Part shown: positions 51,722 through 60,417 of the stretch, piece by piece
How positions within the stretch are numbered: the first letter of the stretch is position 1
Layout: every line of letters starts with the position of its first letter
The notes under the pieces: model-generated
The model's database searches: none
What the model saw: only the letters and a program-made list of their open reading frames with translations
What the model was told of the DNA's origin: nothing
Made by a program: the position numbers and the translations under genes
Source: an uncultured Acidobacteriota bacterium
Lineage (GTDB): Bacteria; Acidobacteriota; Blastocatellia; Pyrinomonadales; Pyrinomonadaceae
Assembly (NCBI GenBank): GCA_963708055.1
Contig: OY970193.1
Location: forward strand, 5,135,869 to 5,199,868
DNA length: 64,000 bases
Reading direction: 5' to 3'

Positions 51722-51786
51722 AGCCACAAAAAGACACCAGAAGCACAAAACAGATCATTAGATCTGTTTTTGTGCTTCTGGTGGCT
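51722..51786. repeat. family E hairpin between convergent genes
   Basis: agccac[aaaaagac]accagaagcacaaaacagatc (51722-51756), loop atta, then gatctgtttttgtgcttctggtggct (51761-51786). Confidence 0.92.
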
Positions 51787-53041
51787 ATTCGTAACGGAGA
51801 GATTCGATGGGATCGAGGCCGGCGGCTTTCCATGCCGGCCATATACCGAAAATCAAGCCGATTCCGACGCTCGCGACCAGTCCACCAATGGGCGCCCAAA
51901 GCGGCACATATGATGGCATCAACAACCGCAGTAACAGAGTTAGTCCCCACCCAATTGAGAGGCCGACCATTCCTCCTAATCCGGTAAGTGTTGCTGCTTC
52001 AATTAAAAACTGCCACATGATATCGCTGCGCTTCGCGCCGATGGCTTTTCGCACTCCGATTTCACGCGTCCGTTCAGTCACCGAAACGAGCATGATATTC
52101 ATCACGCCGATGCCACCGACCATCAACCCAACCGAAGAGATAGCTACCATGGCGATCGCCAGCATCGCAGTGATGGATCGGAAGTTGTCGAGAATACTTT
52201 CCGACGTTTGCAAACCGAAGTTGTCATTAGCTGCAAATGGTACTTGCCGCCGTACGCGCAACATGTCGCGTACCTGGTCTTTGGCCTCTTCCATTCGTCC
52301 CACGCGTCCCACTGCGAGAATGAAGATGTCGTCAGCATTCGGCTTCAGTTTCTGAGCCACCGTAAACGGAACATAGATCACGTTGTTCTGATCGTCGCTG
52401 CCGCCGCCAATCAAAAACTGTTCGCGCTTTTCCAACACGCCGATAACTCGAAACTCCTGCGTGCCGATCTTGACTGTTTGCCCGACTGGCGAGCCAATCT
52501 TGAAGAAGTCGTCAGCCACCTTTGAACCGACCACGCAAACTTCCTGATTAGTGTCGTTTTCGGTTTGAGTAAAGAAGCGTCCTTCGGAGATAACCTGCGT
52601 TCCAGCCTTCTCAAAGTCCGGAAGCGTGCCTTGCAGGGCAACCTGCGCCGAGCTCTTGCCACCGCCGGAAACCATCAGTTTGCCGCCAAAGAAATTGTTG
52701 GTGATATCGAGGAAGGGAACTGACAATTCGACGGCCGGCAAAGCTGCCAGTGCCACCGCATCGTCGTAAGTCAGCTCTTTGCGCATTCTCTCTTCGCGAG
52801 ACATGCGGCCAATGCGAATGCCGGGATCGTATTTGCTGATGAAGATCGAACGAGTGCCGAACGACTCAACTTCGCGCGTAACCGAGACGTCAATACCGCT
52901 GATGATTGAGGCGATCAACATCACCGTGATGATGCCGATGACGACGCCGAACACGGTGAGGAACGAGCGCAACTTGTTGGCGAGCAAGGTCGACAGGGCC
53001 ATCTTAAGATTTTCGTAAATGTCGCTTCTAATGATTCGCAT
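51785..53041 (-). CDS. MacB/FtsX-type ABC transporter permease, paralog 1
   Basis: ANKLRSFLT N-terminal TM, large periplasmic domain, and FtsX C-terminus ...TERTREIGVRKAIGA...AWKAAGLDPIESLRYE. Confidence 0.9.
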   Translation of the reverse strand: MRIIRSDIYENLKMALSTLLANKLRSFLTVFGVVIGIITVMLIASIISGIDVSVTREVESFGTRSIFISKYDPGIRIGRMSREERMRKELTYDDAVALAALPAVELSVPFLDITNNFFGGKLMVSGGGKSSAQVALQGTLPDFEKAGTQVISEGRFFTQTENDTNQEVCVVGSKVADDFFKIGSPVGQTVKIGTQEFRVIGVLEKREQFLIGGGSDDQNNVIYVPFTVAQKLKPNADDIFILAVGRVGRMEEAKDQVRDMLRVRRQVPFAANDNFGLQTSESILDNFRSITAMLAIAMVAISSVGLMVGGIGVMNIMLVSVTERTREIGVRKAIGAKRSDIMWQFLIEAATLTGLGGMVGLSIGWGLTLLLRLLMPSYVPLWAPIGGLVASVGIGLIFGIWPAWKAAGLDPIESLRYE

Positions 53042-53044
53042 GAT

Positions 53045-54283
53045 TTACTCTGCTCTCAAGGCTTCAATCGGATCCAGCCGGGCTGCTTTCCACGCGGGGA
53101 AGATACCGGAGGCCACTCCGGCGCCGCCCGAGACTGCCAACGCAAACAAGATCGACGCAATCGACAAGTAGGTTTGAAAGATCCAGGCCGAGACCACAAA
53201 ACCGACCAGCCAAGCCAGGAATATTCCTATTGCACCGCCAATCATCGCCAATGCGACCGCTTCCACCAAAAACTGTTTCAGGATGTCCAGTTGCCGGGCA
53301 CCCAGAGATTTTCTGATACCAATTTCCTTGGTGCGTTCGGTTACTGACACGAGCATGATGTTCATGATGACGATCGCGCCGACCACGAGAGCGATTCCGG
53401 GAACCAAAATCGCCACGAAAAAGATCGTGCCAAAAAGACGATCGCGCAACCCGGTAATCGCGTCGGGTGTGACGATACCGAAGTTGTCTTTCTCGCTTGG
53501 ACCAAGCTTGCGTCTGGAGCGCATCAGGTAACGCGATTCATCGACCGCGTCGTTAAACTGTTCGTCAGTTATCGAAGTAGCTATGAAGAAAAGCGAACGC
53601 TGCCGGATTAAGCCGCCGTAGTTGATGGAGTAAGTCTTGAGGGGAATAATGATGAAGTTGTCCTGCGGCATGCCGAAGACTGTTCCCTTGGCCACTTCCA
53701 CGCCGATCACGCGGTATGGCAGCCCGCGAACAGTTATCTCGCCTCCCACTGCGTTACCTGCCGGGAACAACTTCGATGCGATGTCGGCGCCGACATAAGC
53801 CACGCGCGCCGCGCCTTCGTCTTCGGGATCGGCAATAAAACGTCCCTCGGCGACGTCACGGTTTTCGATGTCAACACAATTGGCGGTGGCGCCCGAAACG
53901 AAAACGTCTTCCAGCACTTCCTCTCCACGTTTGACTTCGGATGGGGTGCCTCTGGCTCGCGCGCCAATTTTGCCGATCAGGGTGGCGCGTTCGCGCAGAT
54001 AGTGAAAATCGTCCATCGTCATCTCTTTGTTGCGTCGTTGAGCCGCGGCGATGGTGTCAGTGTCTTTGAAGTCTTCAAGGGGGTTGAAGCGTTGGATGGT
54101 GAACGATTTGGCGCCGATACCGGCGATCTTCTCATCGACGTACTGATTGAAACCGGCGATGAGCGAGACGACTGTGACAAAGGCCGTGACGCCGACGATC
54201 ATGCCCAGAAGCGTTAGGGCCGAGCGCAGTTTATGCGCCCAGATCGCAGCGACAGCTAGTTTTAACGTTTCGATAAATTTCAC
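53045..54283 (-). CDS. MacB/FtsX-type ABC transporter permease, paralog 2
   Basis: Same architecture, with ...TERTKEIGIRKSLGA...AWKAARLDPIEALRAE. Lies 3 nt upstream of paralog 1. Confidence 0.9.
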   Translation of the reverse strand: MKFIETLKLAVAAIWAHKLRSALTLLGMIVGVTAFVTVVSLIAGFNQYVDEKIAGIGAKSFTIQRFNPLEDFKDTDTIAAAQRRNKEMTMDDFHYLRERATLIGKIGARARGTPSEVKRGEEVLEDVFVSGATANCVDIENRDVAEGRFIADPEDEGAARVAYVGADIASKLFPAGNAVGGEITVRGLPYRVIGVEVAKGTVFGMPQDNFIIIPLKTYSINYGGLIRQRSLFFIATSITDEQFNDAVDESRYLMRSRRKLGPSEKDNFGIVTPDAITGLRDRLFGTIFFVAILVPGIALVVGAIVIMNIMLVSVTERTKEIGIRKSLGARQLDILKQFLVEAVALAMIGGAIGIFLAWLVGFVVSAWIFQTYLSIASILFALAVSGGAGVASGIFPAWKAARLDPIEALRAE

Positions 54284-54327
54284 GGCGTTACTACGGGGAA
54301 GCCTTGATTATGGTTGCATTATGCATT

Positions 54328-54469
54328 AGCCACAAGGAAGCTGGCCACTAAAAGGCACGAAAGCACAATGGTTTTTGATACGACACAGCGATCCTGCTTG
54401 ATGGGAAGGTCCAGCCTCCTTGATAGAAACAGCAATGATTGTTTTGGGCGTTTTGTGCCTTTTTGTGGT
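54328..54469. repeat. family E inverted repeat with a 70-nt spacer, intercistronic
   Basis: agccacaaggaagctggccactaaaaggcacgaaagcacaa (54328-54368) pairs with ttgttttgggcgttttgtgcctttttgtggt (54439-54469). Confidence 0.85.
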
Positions 54470-54472
54470 GAT

Positions 54473-55714
54473 TTATTCCCAACGGAGGGCTTCGATGGGG
54501 TCGAGGCGGGCCGCTTTCCAGGCCGGCCAGAGGCCGAAGATGATGCCCACCGCCGCCGAGATGCCGACGCCGACCGCGATGGCCCAGAGGGGAACGTAGG
54601 CGGGTAAAGGCGAGTATTTGTTCATCACTAAACTAGCCAATTCACCCACGGCAAGCCCAGCGAACCCGCCAATAGCAGTCAAAACAACCGCTTCAATCAG
54701 AAACTGCGACAGGATATTCAGCTTCGTGGCCCCGACAGCTTTGCGGATGCCGATCTCTTTCGTGCGCTCGGTCACCGAAACCAGCATGATATTCATCACG
54801 CCGATACCGCCAATCATCAACGCGACAAAGGAGATCGACGTCAGCACGAGCGCGGTGGCGCCGGTTAACTGGTTGTAAACGTCAAGCAAAGAGTCTTGCG
54901 AAGAGATGCCGAAATTATTTCGCTCATCCACCGGCACCCGACGTCTCCGGCGCAGGATATCAGTGATCTCGTCCATGGCGGATTTCACCTCGGCGCGCGA
55001 ACGCGGGCGCACGACGATAAAAAACACCACTTCAGGAAATGGATGATCCGGATAGTACTTATCAAACGTGGTGATCGGAACGAAGATCGAGTTGTCGCGC
55101 GACTGTCCAAAGAAGTTTCCGAGTGGCTCCATCACACCAACCACGCGAAACGGATTGCCGTTGATTCTGACTTCCTTATCAACCGCGTCTTCGTAAGGAA
55201 ATAGTGCCTGCTTTACGTCAACACCGAGGATCACGATATTGGAGCGGTCCTGCATGTCGATATCGTTCACAAAACGACCATTCGCGACATACTGTGTTTG
55301 CACAAATTCGTAGTAAGGCGTGACCCCGAAAAGTATAGGTGTGTCGGTCTGCTTGTCCTGGTATCTGATAGTTGAGGCGAGCATGCGAGTAGCCGGAGAG
55401 ACGCCAACAATGGAAGGCGCTTCAGTGCGCAGTGCTTCGGCGTCGTCCATCGTGAGATCTTTGCGATGTATCTCTTCCGGCCCAGGCGGTCGTCCAAAAC
55501 TGGGTTCGAATTTCGAGACGAAGATCGTGTTTGAACCAAGCGACTCGATCTGATCCGCAAAAGCTTTGTTGAGTCCCTGAATAATCGACACCATGAAAAT
55601 CACAGTCACGACGCCGACACTCACGCCGAGGATCGTAAGCGTCGAGCGGAGCTTGTTCGCGCGGATGGTATCGAACGCCATCAGGGCCGATTCTTTTATG
55701 TCGTCGAGTCGCAT
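54473..55714 (-). CDS. MacB/FtsX-type ABC transporter permease, paralog 3
   Basis: Same architecture, with ...TERTKEIGIRKAVGA...AWKAARLDPIEALRWE. Confidence 0.9.
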   Translation of the reverse strand: MRLDDIKESALMAFDTIRANKLRSTLTILGVSVGVVTVIFMVSIIQGLNKAFADQIESLGSNTIFVSKFEPSFGRPPGPEEIHRKDLTMDDAEALRTEAPSIVGVSPATRMLASTIRYQDKQTDTPILFGVTPYYEFVQTQYVANGRFVNDIDMQDRSNIVILGVDVKQALFPYEDAVDKEVRINGNPFRVVGVMEPLGNFFGQSRDNSIFVPITTFDKYYPDHPFPEVVFFIVVRPRSRAEVKSAMDEITDILRRRRRVPVDERNNFGISSQDSLLDVYNQLTGATALVLTSISFVALMIGGIGVMNIMLVSVTERTKEIGIRKAVGATKLNILSQFLIEAVVLTAIGGFAGLAVGELASLVMNKYSPLPAYVPLWAIAVGVGISAAVGIIFGLWPAWKAARLDPIEALRWE

Positions 55715-55724
55715 TTTTTAATTT

Positions 55725-55805
55725 CCAATTGCCGATTGCCAGTTGCCAATTTTCAAACCTATGCGACGCGCGTTCTAAACTTGGCAATCGGCAATCGGCA
55801 GTTGG
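55725..55805. repeat. family B hairpin, intercistronic
   Basis: ccaattgccgattgccagttgccaattt (55725-55752) pairs with cttggcaatcggcaatcggcagttgg (55780-55805). Confidence 0.92.
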
Positions 55806-55814
55806 AAGTCACCT

Positions 55815-57101
55815 TCATTCGGCGCGAAGTGCTTCAATCGGATCGAGTTTCGCGGCGCGCCATGCGGGCCAGAGGCCGCTGACAATTCCTACAACCGAAG
55901 AAACACCCACGCCCAGCACCGCTGACGCTATGCTCACCAGTACTGGAAATCCAATCAACGCCGAAATGGCATAAGCCAGGCCAAATCCGGTTCCAACACC
56001 AATCGCACCGCCAATCGCAGTCACGGTCACCGCCTCGATCAAAAACTGCGTCAAGATGTCTTTACGTCGAGCCCCAATCGCCTTCCGAATTCCAATCTCC
56101 TTGGTCCGTTCAGTAACAGACACCAGCATGATATTCATCACTACGATCCCGCCTACCACGAGCGAGATCGCGGCCACGCCGATCGTGACAATGTAGATAT
56201 TTGAAGTCGCGGAACCGTAGAGATTCAGAAACACATCCTGAGTTTCAAGGGCAAAGCCTTCGTCGTCCGCATCGGCCGTTCCGTGACGGCGGTTCCGCAT
56301 GACTGTTCTGACTTGATCTTCGGCGGCTTCAAGTTGTTCCGGCGTTTGCACCTGAACAAATACAACGAGGGAACGCCTGCCGCCATAAGCTTTCTGATAA
56401 GTCGAATACGGAATATAGACCACGTTATCGCGTGAGAATCCGAATATCGATCCCAATGGCTCGAGCACGCCAAGAATCGTGTACGGGCGGCCGTCGATCC
56501 GGATCTCCTGGCCCACTGCGCGATCCGGCGGCGCGTCATTGAACAGATTCTTCAACATGTCAGTCCCGATAACGCAGATATCGCGACCCGACATGCCTTC
56601 GCTTTCGGTCCAGATGCGACCAACGTTGAGCGACACGCCGTCGATATCAAACATGGTGAGTGGATCAACGCCGCGAATGCGAACGTTCTCAGCCTTCTGA
56701 TCTTCGTATTTAACTGTTTCCACCGCATTCGCAGCGATTCCTACGCGCCAGCACGACGGGCACAATCGCTTGATCGCCTCGGCATCTTCGTTCGTTACAT
56801 CCTTGCGGCGATTCGACTTGATGAACTCCTCGCGCGATTTAATGATCAGAGGGTTTTTTGAAATTGAGAAAACTGTGGAGCCCTGTGAAGAGAAGGTTTG
56901 GGCCACTGTTTGATTGAGGCCCTTGATGATCGTCACTACCGATATAACTGCGGCGACGCCGACGACGATTCCGATCAGGGTGAGGGCAGTGCGCAACTTA
57001 TTCGCCCGCAGACTGGCGGTGGCGACGCGAAACGCTTCCCAGATCGCCGTGAGACGAAAGAGTGAAGTTGATCGTTGGCCACTAAAAAGCACAAAAAGCA
57101 C
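55815..57101 (-). CDS. MacB/FtsX-type ABC transporter permease, paralog 4 (start uncertain)
   Basis: Same architecture, with ...TERTKEIGIRKAIGA...AWRAAKLDPIEALRAE. The only in-frame starts are GTG 57101 and GTG 57092. Both lie inside the family E repeat arm and neither has an SD. Confidence 0.85.
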   Translation of the reverse strand: MLFVLFSGQRSTSLFRLTAIWEAFRVATASLRANKLRTALTLIGIVVGVAAVISVVTIIKGLNQTVAQTFSSQGSTVFSISKNPLIIKSREEFIKSNRRKDVTNEDAEAIKRLCPSCWRVGIAANAVETVKYEDQKAENVRIRGVDPLTMFDIDGVSLNVGRIWTESEGMSGRDICVIGTDMLKNLFNDAPPDRAVGQEIRIDGRPYTILGVLEPLGSIFGFSRDNVVYIPYSTYQKAYGGRRSLVVFVQVQTPEQLEAAEDQVRTVMRNRRHGTADADDEGFALETQDVFLNLYGSATSNIYIVTIGVAAISLVVGGIVVMNIMLVSVTERTKEIGIRKAIGARRKDILTQFLIEAVTVTAIGGAIGVGTGFGLAYAISALIGFPVLVSIASAVLGVGVSSVVGIVSGLWPAWRAAKLDPIEALRAE

Positions 57102-57182
57102 AAAACAAAAGACACGATGGAAATCAGTGCATTAGCGTTAAAACAGTAATTTCTTTTGTGCTTTTTGTGCCTTTTTGTGGCC
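57077..57182. repeat. family E hairpin (gcacaaaaa words), intercistronic
   Basis: ggccactaaaaagcacaaaaagcacaaaacaaaag (57077-57111) pairs with cttttgtgctttttgtgcctttttgtggcc (57153-57182). Confidence 0.93.
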
Positions 57183-57186
57183 TGCT

Positions 57187-57948
57187 TTATCTGATTCTTT
57201 CGTCTTTCTCGATTTGACCGTCGCGAATCGAGATTACGCGGTGAGCACGTGACGCGATGTCATGCTCGTGCGTAACGACGATGATGGTATTGCCTTCCGA
57301 GTGAAGACGCTCAAAGAGATCCATGATCTCCATGCTGGTGTGCGAATCGAGCGCGCCGGTTGGTTCGTCGGCGAGCAGGATCGACGGATGATTCACGAGC
57401 GCCCGCGCAATCGCAACGCGCTGGCGCTGACCGCCGGAAAGCTCATTTGGCTTGTGAGTCATGCGTTCCGTGAGATCCACGGCACGGAGCGCCGTCTTTG
57501 CCATCTCGTGCCGTTGCGACGCACCGACGCCACCGTAGATCAACGGCAGTTCGACGTTGTGAAGCGCAGTCGCTCGCGCAAGCAGATTAAACGTTTGGAA
57601 AACGAAGCCGACTTCCTGATTACGAATTCGGGCCAGTTCGTCGTCGTCCATTTCGGAAACGTTTTTGCCGTTGAGCCAGTACTCGCCCTGCGTCGGAGTA
57701 TCGAGGCAGCCGATGAGATTCATCAGCGTTGACTTGCCTGAGCCCGATGGACCAATGATTGCGATGTACTCGCCTCGCGGAATATCAAACGAGACGCCGT
57801 GCAGCGCATGCACCTTCTCGGTACCCATCTGGTAAGTCTTCCAGATGTCGCGCATCGAGATGAGCATCTCTGGATCATGCCCGTTCTTTTCAGTCCGCGG
57901 CTTGATCTCATTCTGCGGCGGAGTAATCGTAAGCGTAGCGTCACTCAT
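57187..57948 (-). CDS. MacB/LolD-type ABC transporter ATP-binding protein
   Basis: Walker [10 protein letters not shown], signature LSGGQRQR, Walker [12 protein letters not shown]. Confidence 0.93.
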   Translation of the reverse strand: MSDATLTITPPQNEIKPRTEKNGHDPEMLISMRDIWKTYQMGTEKVHALHGVSFDIPRGEYIAIIGPSGSGKSTLMNLIGCLDTPTQGEYWLNGKNVSEMDDDELARIRNQEVGFVFQTFNLLARATALHNVELPLIYGGVGASQRHEMAKTALRAVDLTERMTHKPNELSGGQRQRVAIARALVNHPSILLADEPTGALDSHTSMEIMDLFERLHSEGNTIIVVTHEHDIASRAHRVISIRDGQIEKDERIR

Positions 57949-59469
57949 CTAGCTGGCCTCGTTTCCAGGCGCGCCACCAGGTTTCTTGGTCTGGCGCTTA
58001 ACGGTCATGCCTTCTTTCAAGGTTTTCAAAACACGGCTTGGCCCACGCACTACTTCCATATCCTTATTAACACCACTGGTGATCTCGATATCTGCTTCAC
58101 CGGTGATGCCAGTGGTTACTTCGATAAACCGGACCTTGTTGCCCTCGATCACGTAAACACCCTTTTGGGCTTTCGGTCGCTCACTATTTGGTGTTGCAGC
58201 CGGAACGCTGCTCGCAATTGAAGCGGCGGGCGAAGCTGACGCTGTGGCCGCTTTCTCCACGATTGCTTCAAGCGGTACTGCCAGCACGTTGTTCTTGGTG
58301 TCGGTCGTAATCGTAGCGGTTGAGCTCATACCCGGGCGCAAGGAAGTCTGAACTTCTTCCGGCAACTCCTGGAGCTCGAGTGTGACTTTGAACTCTTTCG
58401 CTTCCTGAACGTTGACGCGATTCGATAAACCGCCGGTAGCGTCAGACTTGGAGATTGCGAGCGGATTCTTTTGCGTGACGACGGCTCTGATTTCTTTGTC
58501 ACCAAGCGCGTCGACTTTAACCATCGCTGCCTGGCCCACCTTGACGTTATTGATCTCAGTCTCGTCAACGTTAACTTCGACGTTGATCTGCGACATGTCG
58601 GCGATGGTCATCAACGGCGTTGTTGATAGACCAGCCACGGCAAACTCACCCACGCGAGTGGGGATGTCGGCGACCACGCCGTTTAACGGCGAGAGCTGAG
58701 TGGCCTTGGAACGCTGGCTCTGCTGGCCACGCAACATAGCCTGTTGCTGGCTGGCGCGCATTTCTGACGACTTGATGCTGGTTTGCGCGTCCTTCACCGC
58801 GATGCGTTGCTGGTTCGCGCGTTCGGTGGCTTCTTTTACCGCGATTTTCTGTGCTTCGAGATTTGCCCTGGCGGTTTCGAGTGCGATCTTGGCCGTTTCG
58901 AACCGGTCGCGTGCGTTGTCGTACTCGACGCGCGATGAAACGCCGGCTTCGATTAGTTCGGTGTAGCGTTTGAGCTCACGTTGCGCGGTGTTGACTTCGA
59001 CCTGGGCCCTGTCCACGTTGGTTTGCATGGCGACCACCTGCTGTCGCGCGGCCGCGACTGACGCTTCAGCGACTATCAGCGACTGTTGCGCCGAGGTCAC
59101 CGCGTTGCGGGCGTTTTGCACTTCGTTGAGCGAAGCTTGGGTGGCGGCCCATTGGGCTTCCTGGTTCGACTGCAATTGTGTTGGGTCGACGCGAACGAGC
59201 GGTTTGCCTTTGGTGACCATGTCACCGGCAGTCACGTAGATCTCCTCGATGCGCCCGGGGACCTCGCTGGTCAGCTTGATATAACGTATTGGGCGTACTT
59301 CGCCCGAGGCGGTGACTGTCTGTTTCAGCTCAGGTCTGACTTCGAGCTTCACCGTAACGACTTCTGGTTCGTCCTTACGGGTAGCAATAACTGATATAAC
59401 TACGGCAATAATGGCTACAACCGCCACCGTGACGCCGATAATAATCTTCTTTTTCCGACTCAATGCCAT
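57949..59469 (-). CDS. HlyD/MacA-type periplasmic adaptor (membrane fusion protein)
   Basis: N-terminal TM segment, long coiled-coil hairpin, and beta-barrel/MP domains. Its stop abuts the ATPase start. Confidence 0.88.
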   Translation of the reverse strand: MALSRKKKIIIGVTVAVVAIIAVVISVIATRKDEPEVVTVKLEVRPELKQTVTASGEVRPIRYIKLTSEVPGRIEEIYVTAGDMVTKGKPLVRVDPTQLQSNQEAQWAATQASLNEVQNARNAVTSAQQSLIVAEASVAAARQQVVAMQTNVDRAQVEVNTAQRELKRYTELIEAGVSSRVEYDNARDRFETAKIALETARANLEAQKIAVKEATERANQQRIAVKDAQTSIKSSEMRASQQQAMLRGQQSQRSKATQLSPLNGVVADIPTRVGEFAVAGLSTTPLMTIADMSQINVEVNVDETEINNVKVGQAAMVKVDALGDKEIRAVVTQKNPLAISKSDATGGLSNRVNVQEAKEFKVTLELQELPEEVQTSLRPGMSSTATITTDTKNNVLAVPLEAIVEKAATASASPAASIASSVPAATPNSERPKAQKGVYVIEGNKVRFIEVTTGITGEADIEITSGVNKDMEVVRGPSRVLKTLKEGMTVKRQTKKPGGAPGNEAS

Positions 59470-59641
59470 CTTGGAGTTCCTTTGGAAGGGGCCTTAAATT
59501 CTCGAAGTAGCTTCTACGTGGAAACTTATCAAACAGTTTCAATTTAGGGCAAACCCGAGCGAGCCAACTTCCTAACGCTAAACCGCGCATTTTATTAACA
59601 GTTATTAGACACCGTAAAGCGCCAAAGGTTCAAAAACAGTT

Positions 59642-59690
59642 ATCTACAGATTACACAGATTCTATTGATTAATCTGTGTAATCTGTGGAT
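59642..59690. repeat. family C hairpin in a divergent promoter region
   Basis: atctacagattacacagatt (59642-59661) pairs with aatctgtgtaatctgtggat (59671-59690). One mismatch. Confidence 0.95.
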
Positions 59691-59776
59691 AGAAGGAAAC
59701 TCAGTCACTACCCTTCGTTAAGATGCGTTGGCGTGGCGGGCGCGTTCGCGTTAAAATGATTTGCTTTTTTGACGAT

Positions 59777-60337
59777 ATGATTACGTGCGACAGGTGCAAA
59801 ACAGAAAACCTTGATGGCTCGCAGTATTGCGACGAATGCGGCGCGCCCTTGAGGCCTAACGGCCGGCCCAACCCAGTCACTCGGATACCGGTGAATGGCG
59901 GCGGTAACGGCAACCATGCCCCGGTCCCAGGACCACATCCTGAATTCGCCGGTGGCCACGTATCTGCGAATCTTAGTTATCAAGCCCTGCGTACGGCTGC
60001 TAAACCGCATGCCCGCCTCGTTATTGAAAAGGGACGCTCGACCGGAAAGCAGTTTATGTTGAGTGATGTCGAAGCTCAGATCGGACGTTGGGATGCCGAC
60101 GGCGGTATCTTTCCCGATGTCGATCTCGACACTGACGACCCGGAAGCAAAGGTCTCGCGGCGTCATGCTCGCATCACCCTGAGCAACGGCCAGTACTTTC
60201 TTGAAGATCTCGGATCGACAAATGGTACATTCATTAATCGTGGCAAAAGATTACCCCCGGGACAGCGTCAGGCTTTATGTGATGGAGACGAGATCATCGT
60301 CGGAAAAACATTTCTGCGCTTCCACATTGTAAAATAG
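59777..60337 (+). CDS. zinc-ribbon plus FHA domain protein
   Basis: CDRCKTEN...YCDECG ribbon. FHA core (IGR......D.DL.......VSRRHARI...G.YFLEDLGSTNGTFIN). Start chosen at ATG 59777; the ORF is open from 59723. Confidence 0.8.
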   Translation: MITCDRCKTENLDGSQYCDECGAPLRPNGRPNPVTRIPVNGGGNGNHAPVPGPHPEFAGGHVSANLSYQALRTAAKPHARLVIEKGRSTGKQFMLSDVEAQIGRWDADGGIFPDVDLDTDDPEAKVSRRHARITLSNGQYFLEDLGSTNGTFINRGKRLPPGQRQALCDGDEIIVGKTFLRFHIVK

Positions 60338-60417
60338 GTGCCTGCGACGTTCGTCTTCTTCGGTAGAGCCGCTATTTAGTCTAGTTAGATCTGGTTAGAG
60401 TGGTAAAACGTTAACAG

